This document shows positions 1-13,736 of a DNA stretch of 64,000 bases, piece by piece; positions within the stretch are counted from its first letter, which is position 1; every line of letters begins with the position of its first letter. A program made the position numbers and the translations under genes. The notes beneath the pieces were generated by a model. The model was given only the letters and a program-made list of their open reading frames with translations, made no database searches and had not been told where the DNA came from. Where the stretch lies: positions 5,828,001 to 5,892,000 of the forward strand of contig OX597832.1 of NCBI GenBank assembly GCA_951406725.2, written 5' to 3'. The stretch is from Octopus vulgaris (taxonomy: Eukaryota).

Positions 1-650
1 GATATTTGTTGACAAATTTTTCCACTTTGTAAGGGTAATTTACTCAGTCTCTCTGAAGTTCTAACGACAATTCTGCATTAAAAAAAATCATCTTACCTGT
101 ATCATATATATATATATATATACATACACTTACACACACACACACACATGCACATTTACATTGATTGGGGTAAAAATGTGAATTGACTTTACATAGAATT
201 GAAATTTTACATTAGTCTGTAGGTTATATTTTAAACCCAAAAGAAACTAAACTATAACAACAAGTTTCTTAACAGTCTAGCACCTCCCGGGGTGCCACCT
301 CATAGACTCAAATTGAAGAGCAGATACTCAATTATTGTTCACAGGAAATTAGATGTTCCGTGTTGATGTGTTGATGCAATACTACAAGTTTGGAATGTCT
401 AGTGCCCTTTTATTACTGTTTGGCAAGTTTTGGATAAACACACAACATAGCTGTCATATGTTTTATATATTTCTTTGAAGATATCTTTGAATGTCAATGT
501 TTTAAACACCTGAGATTACAATTCTACAAATAAAAAGTCCTCCAGGATTTCAGTTGTGTTTCATTTTCTTTCCCTACTTGCTTTTAAAGTGCGTACCTGT
601 CTGTAACCTTTTCATTTTAAGATTTCTTTCTAGAAGCACATGCTTTAAAC

Positions 651-1035
651 CAGTGATTCTTAATTGGGGTTCATATGTCCCCTGGGGATTCATACAATAT
701 TTTTTTAGTGGGTAGGGGTGTGGGGGGTATGGGGGGGTATAGGGGTCTACATAAGCAAAATAGTAAACTGGGGATCCACAATAGCATTTTAAGGGTCCCT
801 GAAAAATTTTTGCTTTAGATGTATGTACTGGTATATATTGCAAGAAGCAGTTTGGATTCTTTATCTAACATTTTACATAGCACAACCTACACAAGTTAAT
901 GTGTGAAAAACAGAATAGGAAATTTGAAAGAAATTTCTATAAAACTAGTGTTTAAATATTGAACAGCTATGGGGTCCACCAGAATAGAATAGTAATCAAA
1001 GCGGCTTGTAGGTAAAAAATGGTCGAGAACCCTTG
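651..1035. mobile_element. Non-autonomous hAT (Charlie-like) MITE
   Basis: Termini CAGTGATTCT...GAGAACCCTTG; imperfect 8-bp TSD ctttaaac/atttaaat; internally homologous to 25193-25498. Confidence 0.75.
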
Positions 1036-1049
1036 ATTTAAATAAACTC

Positions 1050-1230
1050 ACGTTGGGCTTGAGGTTGGGGTCAGTATGTAGGTAACAGAAATAAGATTAG
1101 GGTTAGGTTTTCAAGTTAGAGTCTAAGTTAAGGGCTAAGGCTTTGCAATTAAAGTTGCGGGTTGGTGTTAGCAATTAGGAGGCAGTTTCAGATTAGAGTA
1201 AAATTACATTTAACAAGGATTTGGGGGATT
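1050..1230 (+). repeat. Highly degenerate (TTAGGG/GGTTAG)-like tract
   Basis: gattagggttaggtt, agttaagggctaagg and similar G-rich 6-mers; probably internal to an old non-autonomous element. Confidence 0.4.
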
Positions 1231-1795
1231 GAATTTGTGTACAACTTTTTACAGAACTGAAACTGTAAAGTTTAAAATTTGGGTATCTGATAAAAAAAAA
1301 AAAACCTTTTTTAAAAAAGTAAGAAGATATCTACTAAGTGAACTTATTCTGAAAGTTCGCTGAGTGTTTTTCAATAATTTACTTAAAGTTAAATAAATGT
1401 AATGTTACCGTTAATTCCCCCAGTTTTTAACTCGGGCATTTCAACTGTTTTTTTGTTTTTTGTAGTCAAAGGGAAATAACTCTTCAAGAAATCATGCAGG
1501 CCCACATACTAAGGGAGAATACTCTGTATATATATTTGTCGACGTGGTTTTTCAAGGTTTCCATTTTTGAACTAATTCGTTGGACACAAAGTCGGTCCTG
1601 AAACAGCGAAGATGGGTAATTTTTCTCAGCCAGCTTATTGATATAAGTTGAAGGAGAAAAACTGACTATTTGCAGCAACAGCTCCTTTTCTGTATGTTTA
1701 ACTCCAGGGAATACTAATGATAAATATATTTGCCTTCTTTTCCCAGTTGTTAGTTCGGATGGTGAACAACTGCACGGTCTCTACAAAGTCACAAA

Positions 1796-1925
1796 CAGTA
1801 GCGTAGCTAGAGGAGGAGATTGAGCTGCACTTTTGGGTCTCCTGGATAAGCATGTATGGGGGTGCGGGGAGGAGCAGCCAAATAAAGGGCTACTCTGGGC
1901 GGCACACACTGTAGCTACGCTATTC
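1796..1925. mobile_element. 130-bp hAT-type MITE
   Basis: TIRs cagtagcgtagcta / tagctacgctattc; 8-bp TSD gtcacaaa (1788-1795) / gtcacgaa (1926-1933). Confidence 0.75.
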
Positions 1926-2639
1926 GTCACGAAAGTGTTTCAGGGTGATCGTCATTTGAGTAATTATCTTCAATAAGTTCCGAGTACAAAACCTGTTAAG
2001 ATATTCCTGTATCTGACATCCTCTTTACATATTACTGGTATACATGGGCGACTGTTGGTCTTCCATAAACAACCTTCCCTGGATTTGTACCTTGGAAGGG
2101 GCACTTTCTACGTGTAATCCGATGGTTATTCGTAATCGAAGGGGATCTTTACTTTTACATGTTTCCGAAGGTATCAAAGAAGTTGATTTTTTTCTTCCAT
2201 AGATTTTGTTCTTTTCCGACATCTTTGTATTATATTTATCCCATTCGGCGCTCTGGACCGATTGTATTTTTGCTTGGCGAAGTCTCTGAAATCAAAGTAT
2301 TTAAGGTCGATAAGCCACCTAAATCTCACGGCCGTGGAACAACGTAGAGAACACAACACCTTGATATACCAAAACTTTTATTTTGAGTCTCAGTTTGTGG
2401 TTGAGAAAGACACAAGAGTGGGAAGTGCTTAATGACTTCATGGACTAATCGTAACCGGTTGATGTCATCTTCGCGGGAGTGAGACAAAATACCACCGAGA
2501 TAATGAAGGGTAATAATTTGAAGAGGTCTTCTTTCTTCTTCGAATTGATTTGGTATGTTGACAGTGGAGTCAAGTATATCACCAACATGAAGGAATGAAT
2601 GAGGGATGGTTTGTAGATAGAATTTGGTTGAAGACGGAC

Positions 2640-2860
2640 AGCATTATCGTTGGCATATTGCAGCGTCAGAAGTGTTTTGCGGTATTTCTTCGGTTCTTTT
2701 GCGTCCTGGTTTCAAATCAAGGTTAACTTTGTCTTTTATCCTCCTAGGGGCGGTAAAATGAGTACCAGTTAAAATAAGTACCTGACAAACACTGAGGTAG
2801 ATGTAATCGGGTTTTTCCTTCCCCCAAATTGCGGGCTATGTGCCAAAATTTGAAACTCTT
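2640..2860 (+). mobile_element. Degenerate tRNA-derived SINE (family A)
   Basis: Diverged gcggtatttc...ttttatcc...gtaaaatgagtaccag...tgtgccaaaatttgaaac, matching other copies in the window. Confidence 0.6.
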
Positions 2861-3965
2861 CTATCAACAATCGTCACAACCATGCTAAACAAATAACGAG
2901 TCTTTTATTTTTACATCTCATTCTCTTATCATCTTCCATTATTCCATCAAATTTTCAAAAAAATTTCAATAAATGATCTATAAAATGGTTTTAGTTTGAG
3001 ATCCCATTTCCTTAATTTTTGGTTTATGCAAATCGATCCATTATTATGGTTATAAATCTGCATTTTAGCGCCTTCATTACCGAATTTCCCACAAATAATT
3101 TCAGTGAGTTTTTAAAACAAGTGTAGTAAATACTTGCAATTTTTCCTTTTTAATCTCCCCAAACATTCTTATAGATTTACATACTGTCAAAATGATTATT
3201 TTTGTACATTAATAATGGTTTTATGAAAGGTAGGGTATTTTGATGACGCATGCTTATATCTGCAAAACAGACAATGATAAAGTTTAATCCTTTATTTTGC
3301 AGATTTATGTACCAACTTGTAGATTTATGTACTTTTGTAGATTTTATGTACCAACTGATTATATTTTCCCACAATTTATACATGCTAGATACTTTAATGA
3401 TATTAACTTATATCCACATAAGCGACATTTTTCATCAGATTTATACGTGATACCGTAAGAAGAAAATTACGGTCATTCTTATTTTGTATTTTCTTCTTGT
3501 TTTACTCATTTGAAATTTAAACATCATTTCTAACAGTTGAGTAAATTGAATGCATGCATTAAAGTACGCAATCTGCTTGTAGATATTCCATTGCGTTCAC
3601 ATGAAGCTCATATGATTACATCCAATCTATGGGATCTCATTTAAATCATAAGATCTACTCCAGTCTGTCCTTTAGTTCGAAAACTATCAACTCGCAAAAA
3701 CAAGCTGACTCAAGTAATCATTGAGAATAACCTGAAAAAGATTCAGTGGGATTTTGGTATTGTGACAAGAATCTGACTCATGCAGTAATTATCATCTTTC
3801 AGGGGTGAACTGATGATAATATCGAAAATCTTATACCGCTAATGTTCATTTTTTAAAGTTCCTCGGTTTTCATCATTACTGAACTCTATTCGTGCGGCCA
3901 TCATAGTTGCTTCATTAAAAAAAAAGTCTGTTATTTGTTTTATGTTAACAATGTCCAGCAGATCA

Positions 3966-4170
3966 GAGCGGTGAGCTGGTAGACCCGTTAGCTCATCGGA
4001 CAAAATGTTTTGCGGTATTTTTTTTGGCTCTTTACGTTCTGAGTTGAAATCCCATCGAGGTCAGCTTTGCTATTTCATCCTTCCAGGATAAAATACCAGT
4101 CAAGTACTGGAATCGGTGCAGTCGACTAACTCATCTACCAAAGTTTCTGGCCTTGTGCCAAAATTTGAAA
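3966..4170 (+). mobile_element. tRNA-derived SINE (family A)
   Basis: gcggtgagctgg head, B-box-like gagttgaaatccc, tail ggccttgtgccaaaatttgaaac. Confidence 0.75.
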
Positions 4171-4419
4171 CAGTTGTTAATGTCCAGAAGACATTTCATT
4201 CTTTCTGTTGCTACAAAACATCGTAGACCGGTTTCTATCATAATCTGGGTCGTGAAATGGAAGTACACTGTTACTAACCAGTGACACCATCGTGGCGCCG
4301 TACAATATTTTTCCAAATATTAATCACAATCGCACGTGTGTAATCGGACAGACGGGTCAAACTGTTGGATTGTGTTTACACAAAATATGTGTAAACACAA
4401 AAAATATGCAGTATTATTG

Positions 4420-4570
4420 GTTTCATAGATTGGCATAAGGTCATCAATTTCGAGAGAAGTGAATAATCGATTATATTCACCCAGTATTCAACTGGTACTT
4501 ATTTTATCGACCCCGAAAAGATAAAATCAACCTCGGCGGAATTTGAACTCAGAACGTAAAGACGGACGAA
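4420..4570 (-). mobile_element. SINE family A, partial
   Basis: Reverse complement of gttctgagttcaaattccgccgagg...ggggtcgataaaataagtaccag. Confidence 0.75.
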
Positions 4571-4571
4571 T

Positions 4572-5730
4572 ACATTAAATGGCAATTTCTGTCTGTCGAT
4601 CTGTCTGATACCATCTTGATGCCTACACCGGTGAACCAATCTTGAAACTTTGCATTCATGTTAGAATAACACCCAGTTCAATTATAGGCTAATTGGATTT
4701 CAATGAAAATCAATAATCGGGCTCCTAGGAAGGGGGGTGTACTATTTGATAAAATGAGAAGGGTGCAGAAAAGTTAGTGTGAGGGAAATATGGTAGCATA
4801 GTGAGTGTGGCTGATATCAGGGAAGGAGAGAACAGTGCTGTGTAAATGACAAATATGGAGTGGCAGTTGGATGATAACGTTAATACAGCTGTCATAAGTA
4901 ACTTTTGAAACGCCGAGGAAGGGAAAGAAAGGTGGGTGTGAGGAATACGTAGCTTTAAGGAGAGATGGGTTTGGTGGCTTTTCTACAGTCCATCGCAAAG
5001 AAACACACACACACACACACGCACACACACACATACACACATACACACATATACATGCATACGTAGATACATACATATGTCTACTATACACCATTTTAAA
5101 CTCGTGATTACCTGTGTGTACGTTTGTAAATGTGTGTGTGTGTTTGTGTGTGTGTGTGTATGTGTCACGTCCTATAATTGTCTGTCTCTATACTTTTGTT
5201 GTCACATGTAAAATTTTGAAATTACGTCAAAACTTTCAAATTTGGTATATTGAAATAGTTTTCCACGTTAAATCCGATTTTGTTAATTATTTAATTATTT
5301 GTTACAGAAAAATTTCAGAAAAATGTTATAGAGGTTTAAAGTTTAATCAGTTTTACCTAATCAGTAAACAGAAAACAGTATTTGGAAGCTGGCATTTTCT
5401 GCATGATAGCTGTCTATCACAAAATGAATGCAAAATCATTACAAGGAGGAATTTTTATTAAACACACGAAAGCAATGCATTACGACGACCAAAATTGTAA
5501 GAACTTCAGAAGTTTTAATAAGTTTTAATGAATAAAGTCATGTGAAACGATCGAACAGACATGCAAATAATTTAAAAAGGGAAAAAAAAAAAAATCTTCA
5601 ACGAAGTTTTTTGTGAAAAATTGCATAAATCTGTCGGGGAAGGCATGGTCTGACATGGAATAAACAAAAATTTATATGAGACATTCTATTGTAAAAATTG
5701 CCCAGCAACGACGAGCTATTCGGTTAATAT
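4572..5730 (+). mobile_element. Probable degenerate non-autonomous Helitron
   Basis: 5' ggcaatttctgtctgtc...gaaccaatcttgaaactttgc resembles the Helitron start at 34979; 3' cccagcaacgacgagctattcgg resembles a decayed terminal hairpin. Confidence 0.4.
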
Positions 5731-5741
5731 ACCAATAAGTG

Positions 5742-5915
5742 CGGCGAGCGGGTAGGATAATTACCGCGCCGGATAAAATGCTTAGCTGCGTTTCTTCCGG
5801 TTCTTTACGTTCTGAGTTCAAATGCTGCCGAGGTCGACTTTGCCTTACATCCTTTCAGTGTCGATGTAATCGACTTGCCTCCTTTCTCCAATTCTCAGGT
5901 TTTGTCTACCGAAAG
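5742..5915 (+). mobile_element. SINE family A
   Basis: gcggcgagc head, gttctgagttcaaatgctgccgaggtcgactttgcc. Confidence 0.75.
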
Positions 5916-5961
5916 TAGAAAGGACTATTAAATATATCAATAACATAAATAACATAAATAA

Positions 5962-6336
5962 GCGCAGGAGTGGCTGTGTGGTAAGTAGCTTGCTAACCAA
6001 CCACACGGTTGCGGGTTCAGTCCCACTGCGTGGCATCTTGGGCAAGTGTCTTCTGCTATAGCCCCGGGCCGACCAATGCCTTGTGAGTGGATTTGGTAGA
6101 CGGAAACTGAAAGAAGCCTGTCGTATATATGTATATATATGTATATGTGTGTGTGTTTGTGTGTCTGTGTTTGTCCCCCTAGCATTGCTTGACAACCGGT
6201 GCTGGTGTGTTTACGTCCCCGTCACCTAGCGGTTCGGCCAAAAGAGACCGATAGAATAAGTACTAAAAGGTGGTGCTCCAGCATGGCCGCAGTCAAATGA
6301 CTGAAACAAGTAAAAGAGTAAAAGAGTAAAGAGTAA
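5962..6336 (+). mobile_element. tRNA-derived SINE family B (CORE-like, internal TA/TG microsatellite)
   Basis: A box tggctgtgtggt, B box gggttcagtccc, core tcttgggcaagtg, tail ccagcatggccgcagtcaaatgactgaaacaag(taaaagag)n. Confidence 0.85.
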
Positions 6337-6475
6337 CGTAAACATTTTCTTGACTGGGTTTATCAAATATATTAGAACCAGCTTTACAGTTTGTTTAGTT
6401 TGGTATTTCCGACAGAACTGAACTCGTATAAACTAAATGTTTGAGAGCCATGTGTTAAAAGATAATATGGGTGGA

Positions 6476-6657
<182 letters not shown>

Positions 6658-7303
6658 GCTGCAGTTATGTAAGGTCTAGTATGAGTAATCTTTTATTTGT
6701 TACAATAACATAGAGAATTTCCTCCATTGAGTGCAATGTTTCCGCCCCGACCCTGCCATCTACGTGTTTCTTCCCGCAAAACATCTAATTAACCCTGTCT
6801 ACAAATTATAACCATCGGAATTTCAAGCTGGGCACAAATCGCAGAGAAAGCAAAGCTCATGGGTGCTGTTTATTTCTCAGCAACGCATGCACCACATCTC
6901 TGGGGAAGAACTTCCACATCTTCGAGAAAACAGTGTTGTTTGCCATGGGATCAGCCAAACCTTCAACCAAATCTGACAAAACTTTCTTGCTGGCTTGTTT
7001 ATTGACCCCAATATAGGAAGTTTGCTGTTGTCCTACTTACGCATGCACCGATGGGACCATCTTCGACCCAGATTTTATCAAGCTTGGTTTAGTTTAGGGT
7101 TCCTTTTTCACTCCCTTTCTATCCCCCATCTCTTTCTCTCTCTCTCTCTCTCTCCCTCACACACGCACATACACACACAGATGACTTATTTGTTGCTTAC
7201 TTTTTATCATATAAAATTCTTCAGTAGATGATAGTATTTTTCACTATCATTTAACCTTATCCACAGTGGCTTCATCCTCAGACGATTTTGACAGATAACG
7301 TCA

Positions 7304-7350
<47 letters not shown>

Positions 7351-7582
7351 GTTTCTTTACTATCCACAAGGGGCTAAATACAGAGGGGACAAACAAGGAC
7401 AGACAAACGGATTAAGTCGATTATATCGACCCCAGTGTGTAATTGGTACTTAATCTATCTACCCCGAAAGGATGAAAGGCAAAGTCAACCTCGGCAGAAT
7501 TTGAACTCAGAACGTAACAGCAACCGAAATACCGCTTGGTATTCCGGCCGGCGTGCTAACGACTCTGCCAGCTCGCCGCCTT
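7351..7582 (-). mobile_element. Full-length SINE family A inserted into a (CAAT)n microsatellite
   Basis: Reverse strand aaggcggcgagctggcaga...gtaaagaaac; (caat)n on both flanks (7307-7350, 7583-7622). Confidence 0.85.
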
Positions 7583-7613
<31 letters not shown>

Positions 7614-7712
7614 TAATCAATCAGTCTGTCTGTCTACATTTGTTGAACTCGCAAGCGACTAATTACCTCATCCTGTGTTCATTCTGAATATTTAGAATAG
7701 CCTGTAATATAC

Positions 7713-7787
<75 letters not shown>

Positions 7788-7862
7788 ACACACGCACAGG
7801 CACACACACATACACACACATGCACAGGCACACACACACATGCACTGGCACACACACACACA
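7713..7862. repeat. (CA)n microsatellite
   Basis: Direct reading. Confidence 0.95.
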
Positions 7863-8379
7863 TATATACCTATTTACCTACCCGATGATTGTCTCATCTT
7901 GTCAGATAATAACCATCTCATATTCAGTCTGATTGTTCTGATTTGCTTTCATTCTTACATGTGCGCGGATATGACTTTTCCGTCACGCATTCATTACCAT
8001 AGGACTTCATAAAGTACAAAACGGATCAAAAGATTAAATTACTGTGTGACATCTGTACGCCATTAGATTTAAGTGGCAAAAGTTTGTACAACACTTTTGC
8101 CACTCTCGGTCACCATAGTAGGTTCCAATGACAAACGTTGCAAGATGTGTGGTACTATTTTGACTGTGAGCTTTATTGTCAGAGTATCCTTCTCTTATAA
8201 GAGCTGCCTTTCCCACGGCTTGGTCAGAAATAACGGGAACATCCTTTACCCTTAGAAAATCTATTTCACCAATAGATGGGACCCTGACAGATACTATCGT
8301 TCCGGTTCAAACCAAACTTAGAAGTAATGGTAACAAAGGAGTGAGTCCGAACCTCCGCACCAAAAGAAAACTCTAGAGC

Positions 8380-8566
8380 TCCTACCTGCCTGCCTACCTA
8401 CCTACCTACCTACCTACCTACCTACCTACCTACCTACCTACCTACCTACCTACCTACCTACCTACCTACCTACCTACCTACCTACCAACCTACCTACCTA
8501 CCTACATACATACATACCTACATACATACATACATACATACATACATACATACATACATACATACA
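8380..8566. repeat. (CCTA)n-(CATA)n compound microsatellite
   Basis: Direct reading. Confidence 0.95.
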
Positions 8567-9360
8567 TGCAAAATGTGACACGATACATATATACAAAATG
8601 TGACAACAAAGATACGAAGCTTCAAAGATGAAGCTTTGTACCTTTATTAGAAACTAGTTCCTTACTTACAGGAAGACCTCAAATAAGTAAAAATTGCGTC
8701 CTTGATTACCTAGTTGTAGGTTGTCTAAATTCCAATGAAAGAAACTTTATTTGGGGATCTGTCTGTCTTTTCTTTACTGGAGTAAAATTTGAGAAATAAA
8801 GCCAAACGAACATATTCACGTTGATGGCCATACCAAGGACGTACAAGAATCAGACCGAAACAACGCTTTTAGAAATAAGATTACACCTCAAATATTTCAA
8901 TAAAAACAACAGTCTAATGTTAACACAGCAGTTTTGAATGTGTTCTCCAGAATAAAGAACAAAAATCATGCAATATTATACTTGCCAGCTGCCTTGAGGA
9001 TGTGAACATTTGGTCTAAAGTTGAGGAAAGAGTTAACTACAACGAAACCTCCATCTCTTGTATCTTGGCTGTAAATTAAAAAATTTTTGGTGATGTGCCA
9101 AGAAAGAGCCTCACTTTACGACACCCCAGCTTAACGAGTTTTATATTTCAAGCCCAAGGTCCAAATTTTGAACGTAGTGCAAATAGTTTCTACTACCATA
9201 ACAAATACTTCTGCGAGTTACCGAGAAATTTATAGAGAGCGAAAAAAAAAAGCTTCTTCTAAGCAAACAACTCTAGACTTCAGTTCTATATTTGGAGAGA
9301 TGAGGAATTATGTACATTATTTACATTCGACGGATATTTGTCCTCATCTTGTTTGTTGTT

Positions 9361-9406
9361 AACACAACGTTTCGGCTGATATACCCTCCAGCCTTCTTCA
9401 GGTATC
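9361..9406 (-). ncRNA. Minimal type I hammerhead ribozyme-like motif in a ~160-bp Penelope-like terminal fragment (9295-9455)
   Basis: Minus strand: gatac CTGAAGA a ggctgg-agggtata-tcagcc GAAAC GTT gtgtt; palindromic AACGTT replaces stem III; abuts (TAA)n. Confidence 0.55.
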
Positions 9407-9454
9407 TTGGGGAAATTTCGAACCCTGGGTTCTCATTCCTAAGGTATTTTTCGA

Positions 9455-9843
<389 letters not shown>

Positions 9844-10132
9844 GTAATAGTGTCATTTGTGGTGGACGCATGCAAAAGGGATTTATATTTTGTAATAAAG
9901 AATGACTCTTTAATAATGCGCTGACTACAGGTTGCATCATCCCTGAATTTATAGAGGGGAAAAATTCTGAAGCTGGGTTGTTTGTTAGTGGCTCAAATAT
10001 ACATACATACATATATATTAACATATATATTTGTTTATGTAAGTATGTATGTATGTATGTATGTCATTGTTCAGTGTTATTTCAAGATTTCTTGCCATAA
10101 GAGAATGAAACTGAATGACATGCATACATACA

Positions 10133-10232
<100 letters not shown>

Positions 10233-10490
10233 ATATATATATTTAATATTAATATTAGGGAAGTTATTTCCGAGTCCACAGGGTGAGAAGTTCAATTTAG
10301 TGGTACTAAAATGAATTACTCACTGTATTATATACATATATATAGAAAGGTTTAAGAGACAGAATCACCATCAAGCAACTCAATCATCATTGAACGACAT
10401 TATCCACGTAGGTACATATAGGACTAAATATTAAAATTATCAAAATTAATACCTTCAGTTCTTATTCCAAATCATATACTTTACATTTTA

Positions 10491-10597
10491 TAGACTACGC
10501 GCGTTTCTTGACATCATATTAATCGATATTGCTGAAATAGAAGGTCTTGAAATACTATACTATATTAAAACGATTATATTGCCAATCTTCAGGTCTA
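10491..10597 (-). ncRNA. Type I hammerhead ribozyme, probably within a Penelope-like 3' fragment (~10345-10610)
   Basis: Minus strand: tagac CTGAAGA ttggcaatataatcg...cgattaatatgatgtcaa GAAAC gcgc GTA gtcta; stem I tagac/gtcta, long stem II, short stem III. Confidence 0.75.
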
Positions 10598-10614
10598 GAT
10601 AATATGAACTTATT

Positions 10615-11351
10615 TTGCTATTTACATCCTATATAAAGACATGGCTTTTTGCGAAATTAAGGCGATTTCTTTCGGATATTATTGGCTTCTTCCTAGCGAT
10701 TCGTCCATGTAGTCCAAATTCTCTCAAACGGACGGTTTGTGGTGTAAAAATAACACCATTCTCGTTGGACAATTGTTTACAAATGTCAACGGCTGCCAGC
10801 ATCCGGCTGCCTTCCTAAAGTCGGTGGATTCCGACGGTCCAACTGCGCCGTCGTTTTTCTTGGGACGCCAGTCCTTTGCCGATGTTTATATTGACCAGTC
10901 TCCGAGTATAACTTCCACGCTTGCTCGCAAGTCGTTTTACTGCACTTTAGTTGCTTGCTGATGTTCGAAAAAACTTATTGCCAGTGGAGTAATACGATTC
11001 TTGCTCTCGTGACTGGACTGAGGCTACGTTGTTTCCCCATTATTAATCAATTGTATAATAACGTTAAATTATAACACTATATAGTGCAGTTAGGCTAGTT
11101 GTGTGACCACCCATTTTGGCAAAAATATTTGCATACATATTACATGGTCTTAAACTTATTTTACCAGTAAATTTGAAACGTTTATATTAATTTAGCATTA
11201 GAATTCTTCAAATTGTATAAAAATAGTTATTGTCTGCATCATTCGAAAGAAAAATAAATTCTGCATAATTTCTATGGTATTAGTAACAAAATATTTTGTA
11301 AGAAATAGAACTTTTATCATCACATCAGTCTTAAATTTATTTTCGCCAGTG
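10615..11351 (-). mobile_element. Tc1/mariner transposon, 5' fragment (decayed)
   Basis: Minus-strand translation GRPKK...TVRLREFGLHGRIARKKPIISERNRLNFAKSH (Tc1 HTH region); terminus TA|CACTGGCGAAAATAAATTT at 11351. Confidence 0.75.
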
Positions 11352-11389
11352 TATGTATGTATGTATATATGTATGTGTTCAGTCCGATT

Positions 11390-11903
11390 ATTTCTATGTC
11401 CCCGTGCATGATACAGCCTTAAGACATTTATTGGATGGCTGTTGACTCTCAAGAGTTCCTCCGCCCTTTGACGGGTTTTGTTTTTCATCCCGCAGGGTGT
11501 CCAATAAACACCCTCCTTACCAGGCAAGCTTGGTGGGATTGCCGGTTTAGTCGCCAACGACCCGACCATGCAACAGGTTGTACTGGGTTACATGTTACCA
11601 GTAGCACTCGAAAGTGACCTGACTCCTAGCCTTTATTAGGCTAGGAGGTAACTCAGGTAACTGAGAAGGTAACTCAGGTAATTGGGATAACTCCGACATA
11701 AAACCTGCGGCTCAGTGGTTACCGATGATGTTGACTTGTTCTTCTTTTCGGATTATGGCTGCTGTTGCTTAGTGAGTGGGATTGACTCAGTGCACAGCCT
11801 TTCCTCACTTTAAAAAAAAATCTTCTTGCACAGGCATTGCACGATAACAACATTGATTAAGTTTCATGCAATGGCCATACTCGATAACGAGGGGGCAGCC
11901 ACC
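11390..11903 (+). mobile_element. Probable non-autonomous RTE-derived element
   Basis: RTE 5'UTR-like gtttagtcgcc...caggttgtactgggttac; RTE 3'-end-like ggccatactcgataacgagggggcagcc followed by (atgt)n; no ORF. Confidence 0.5.
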
Positions 11904-12085
11904 ATGTATGTATGTGTGTATGTATGTATGTATTAACAAGTTTGTTGACACTAATGTTCACGCATGCATCATTCTTTGAAAAAATTCTCCACGAAAAACG
12001 TTTATCTCCCCTTTGAGCAGCAACTCTCGGTCGCTGTCTCTACCACAATACACACAACCTTCTCTAAGAAAGACCACAACGTGTT

Positions 12086-12176
12086 TATACATACATACAT
12101 ACATACATACATACATACATACATACATACATACATACATACATACATACATACATACGTACATACATACATACAT
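12086..12176. repeat. (CATA)n microsatellite
   Basis: Direct reading. Confidence 0.95.
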
Positions 12177-12714
12177 ATTCATCGTCATCTTTATTCTCTC
12201 TCTTTCTTTTTCACGCCGACCGCCCAAGCAACTGGTCGCATTTTCTCTCGTCTCTCACTTTCAACCAGTTTCGCTGTCTATCTGATGTTTTTCAATTTCT
12301 AACCCTTTAGGATATTCCTACTGGCATTAACCATATTTTCGTCTCCTGTCCGGCCCTAAGGCCATATTCTCTTTATTTATTTCAGTTTGTTCGTATGTCC
12401 ACATTTCGTTTTGTTTGTTTCAGTCGTTGTCCTTCATCTGTCCACTAATGGTCACGCCTTGAATCTCATTCATTTCATGTTGAGTTGTTCACTTTCCGTA
12501 TTGAGTATTTGTTTATTTCTTGTTTGTTCGTTCACTTTCTTTCATGTTTGGTCCCAACGGCTTCTTGCTGTCAGCGCCACCAGAGGGTTCATCATTATCG
12601 TTGAAGGCGCGAAATTGCGTTTGACCCTCTAGTCGATAACTGACGAGGATTTGGTGACCTTCTGTGACAATTTTCCGTTTGTTTGTACATTTATTATATG
12701 GTTTTTATCTTATT

Positions 12715-13040
12715 ACATGCATATATACAGTTGTGGAAGTCCACTGCTCAGCGGTTGTCAACATGAATCTAAGGGTCAGCGAAACTGAAAATACCTACGC
12801 TGAACTAATGAGAAATCTACAGTTACTCTATCACAAGTTCAGCTTTATATCTGTAATTATTGGGGCACTGGGATATGTTACACACTGCCTAAGTACCGAT
12901 TTTGAGAAATTAGGCTTCTCAAAACCAAAAAGGAGAAAGCTGATTCGAAGATTACAGATACAGTCTATCACTGGAACTGTAAAAATCTGTAAAACTTTCC
13001 AGAAGTTTATCATTTAAGTATATATGAGCATGTCAAGACA
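12715..13040 (+). pseudogene. 3' fragment of an RLE-type (R4-like) non-LTR retrotransposon
   Basis: VVEVHC...ETENTYAELMRNLQLLY...VIIGALGYV...ITGTVKICKTF resembles the RLE endonuclease C-terminus. Confidence 0.7.
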
Positions 13041-13601
13041 TAATATGGCTTGGTCAGCACAAAGCTACAGTAGAAGATACTTGTTGAAGGCGCCACGCAG
13101 TGACACTGAACCTGCAAATATGTGGTCGGGAAGCAAGTTTCTTATATTTTCTATGGACTTCCTTAAATACATGCGCAATGATATATAGTAACCGGCCCTT
13201 GTTAGCTGAAGCATACCTACACATAAGCGCCCGTCATGTTTCTTTCCTCATAACTTTCAAAAGCATGGGTATATTTCAATGAAACTTTCTACAAATTCGC
13301 TTCAGATGGTGTAGACATGGCGTAGATTTGGATTTTATTGGAATTTGTTGTTGTTATAAACGTGAAGAGTATCAGTAAGTATGCGTGCAAGTTTTAGGTA
13401 GTACTTTTCCATTGCTTTATAAATACACGTTATTTTTAAAGTATAATTGCATTTCATCTTATAGCTCTTTTTTACGTTTTCCAATATTGATGTTAGAGCT
13501 TCATTCATGTAGCATGCCTTGTCGGCATTCTTCCCACATGCACGCTGCATGATACATTGATATCAAACCAATGTAAAACAAACTATCTTAAAAATAACGT
13601 G

Positions 13602-13655
<54 letters not shown>

Positions 13656-13657
13656 AA

Positions 13658-13736
<79 letters not shown>

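Noticed and set aside
1050-1230. Interstitial telomere or G-quadruplex array
   Set aside because: Only one perfect TTAGGG; too degenerate to call
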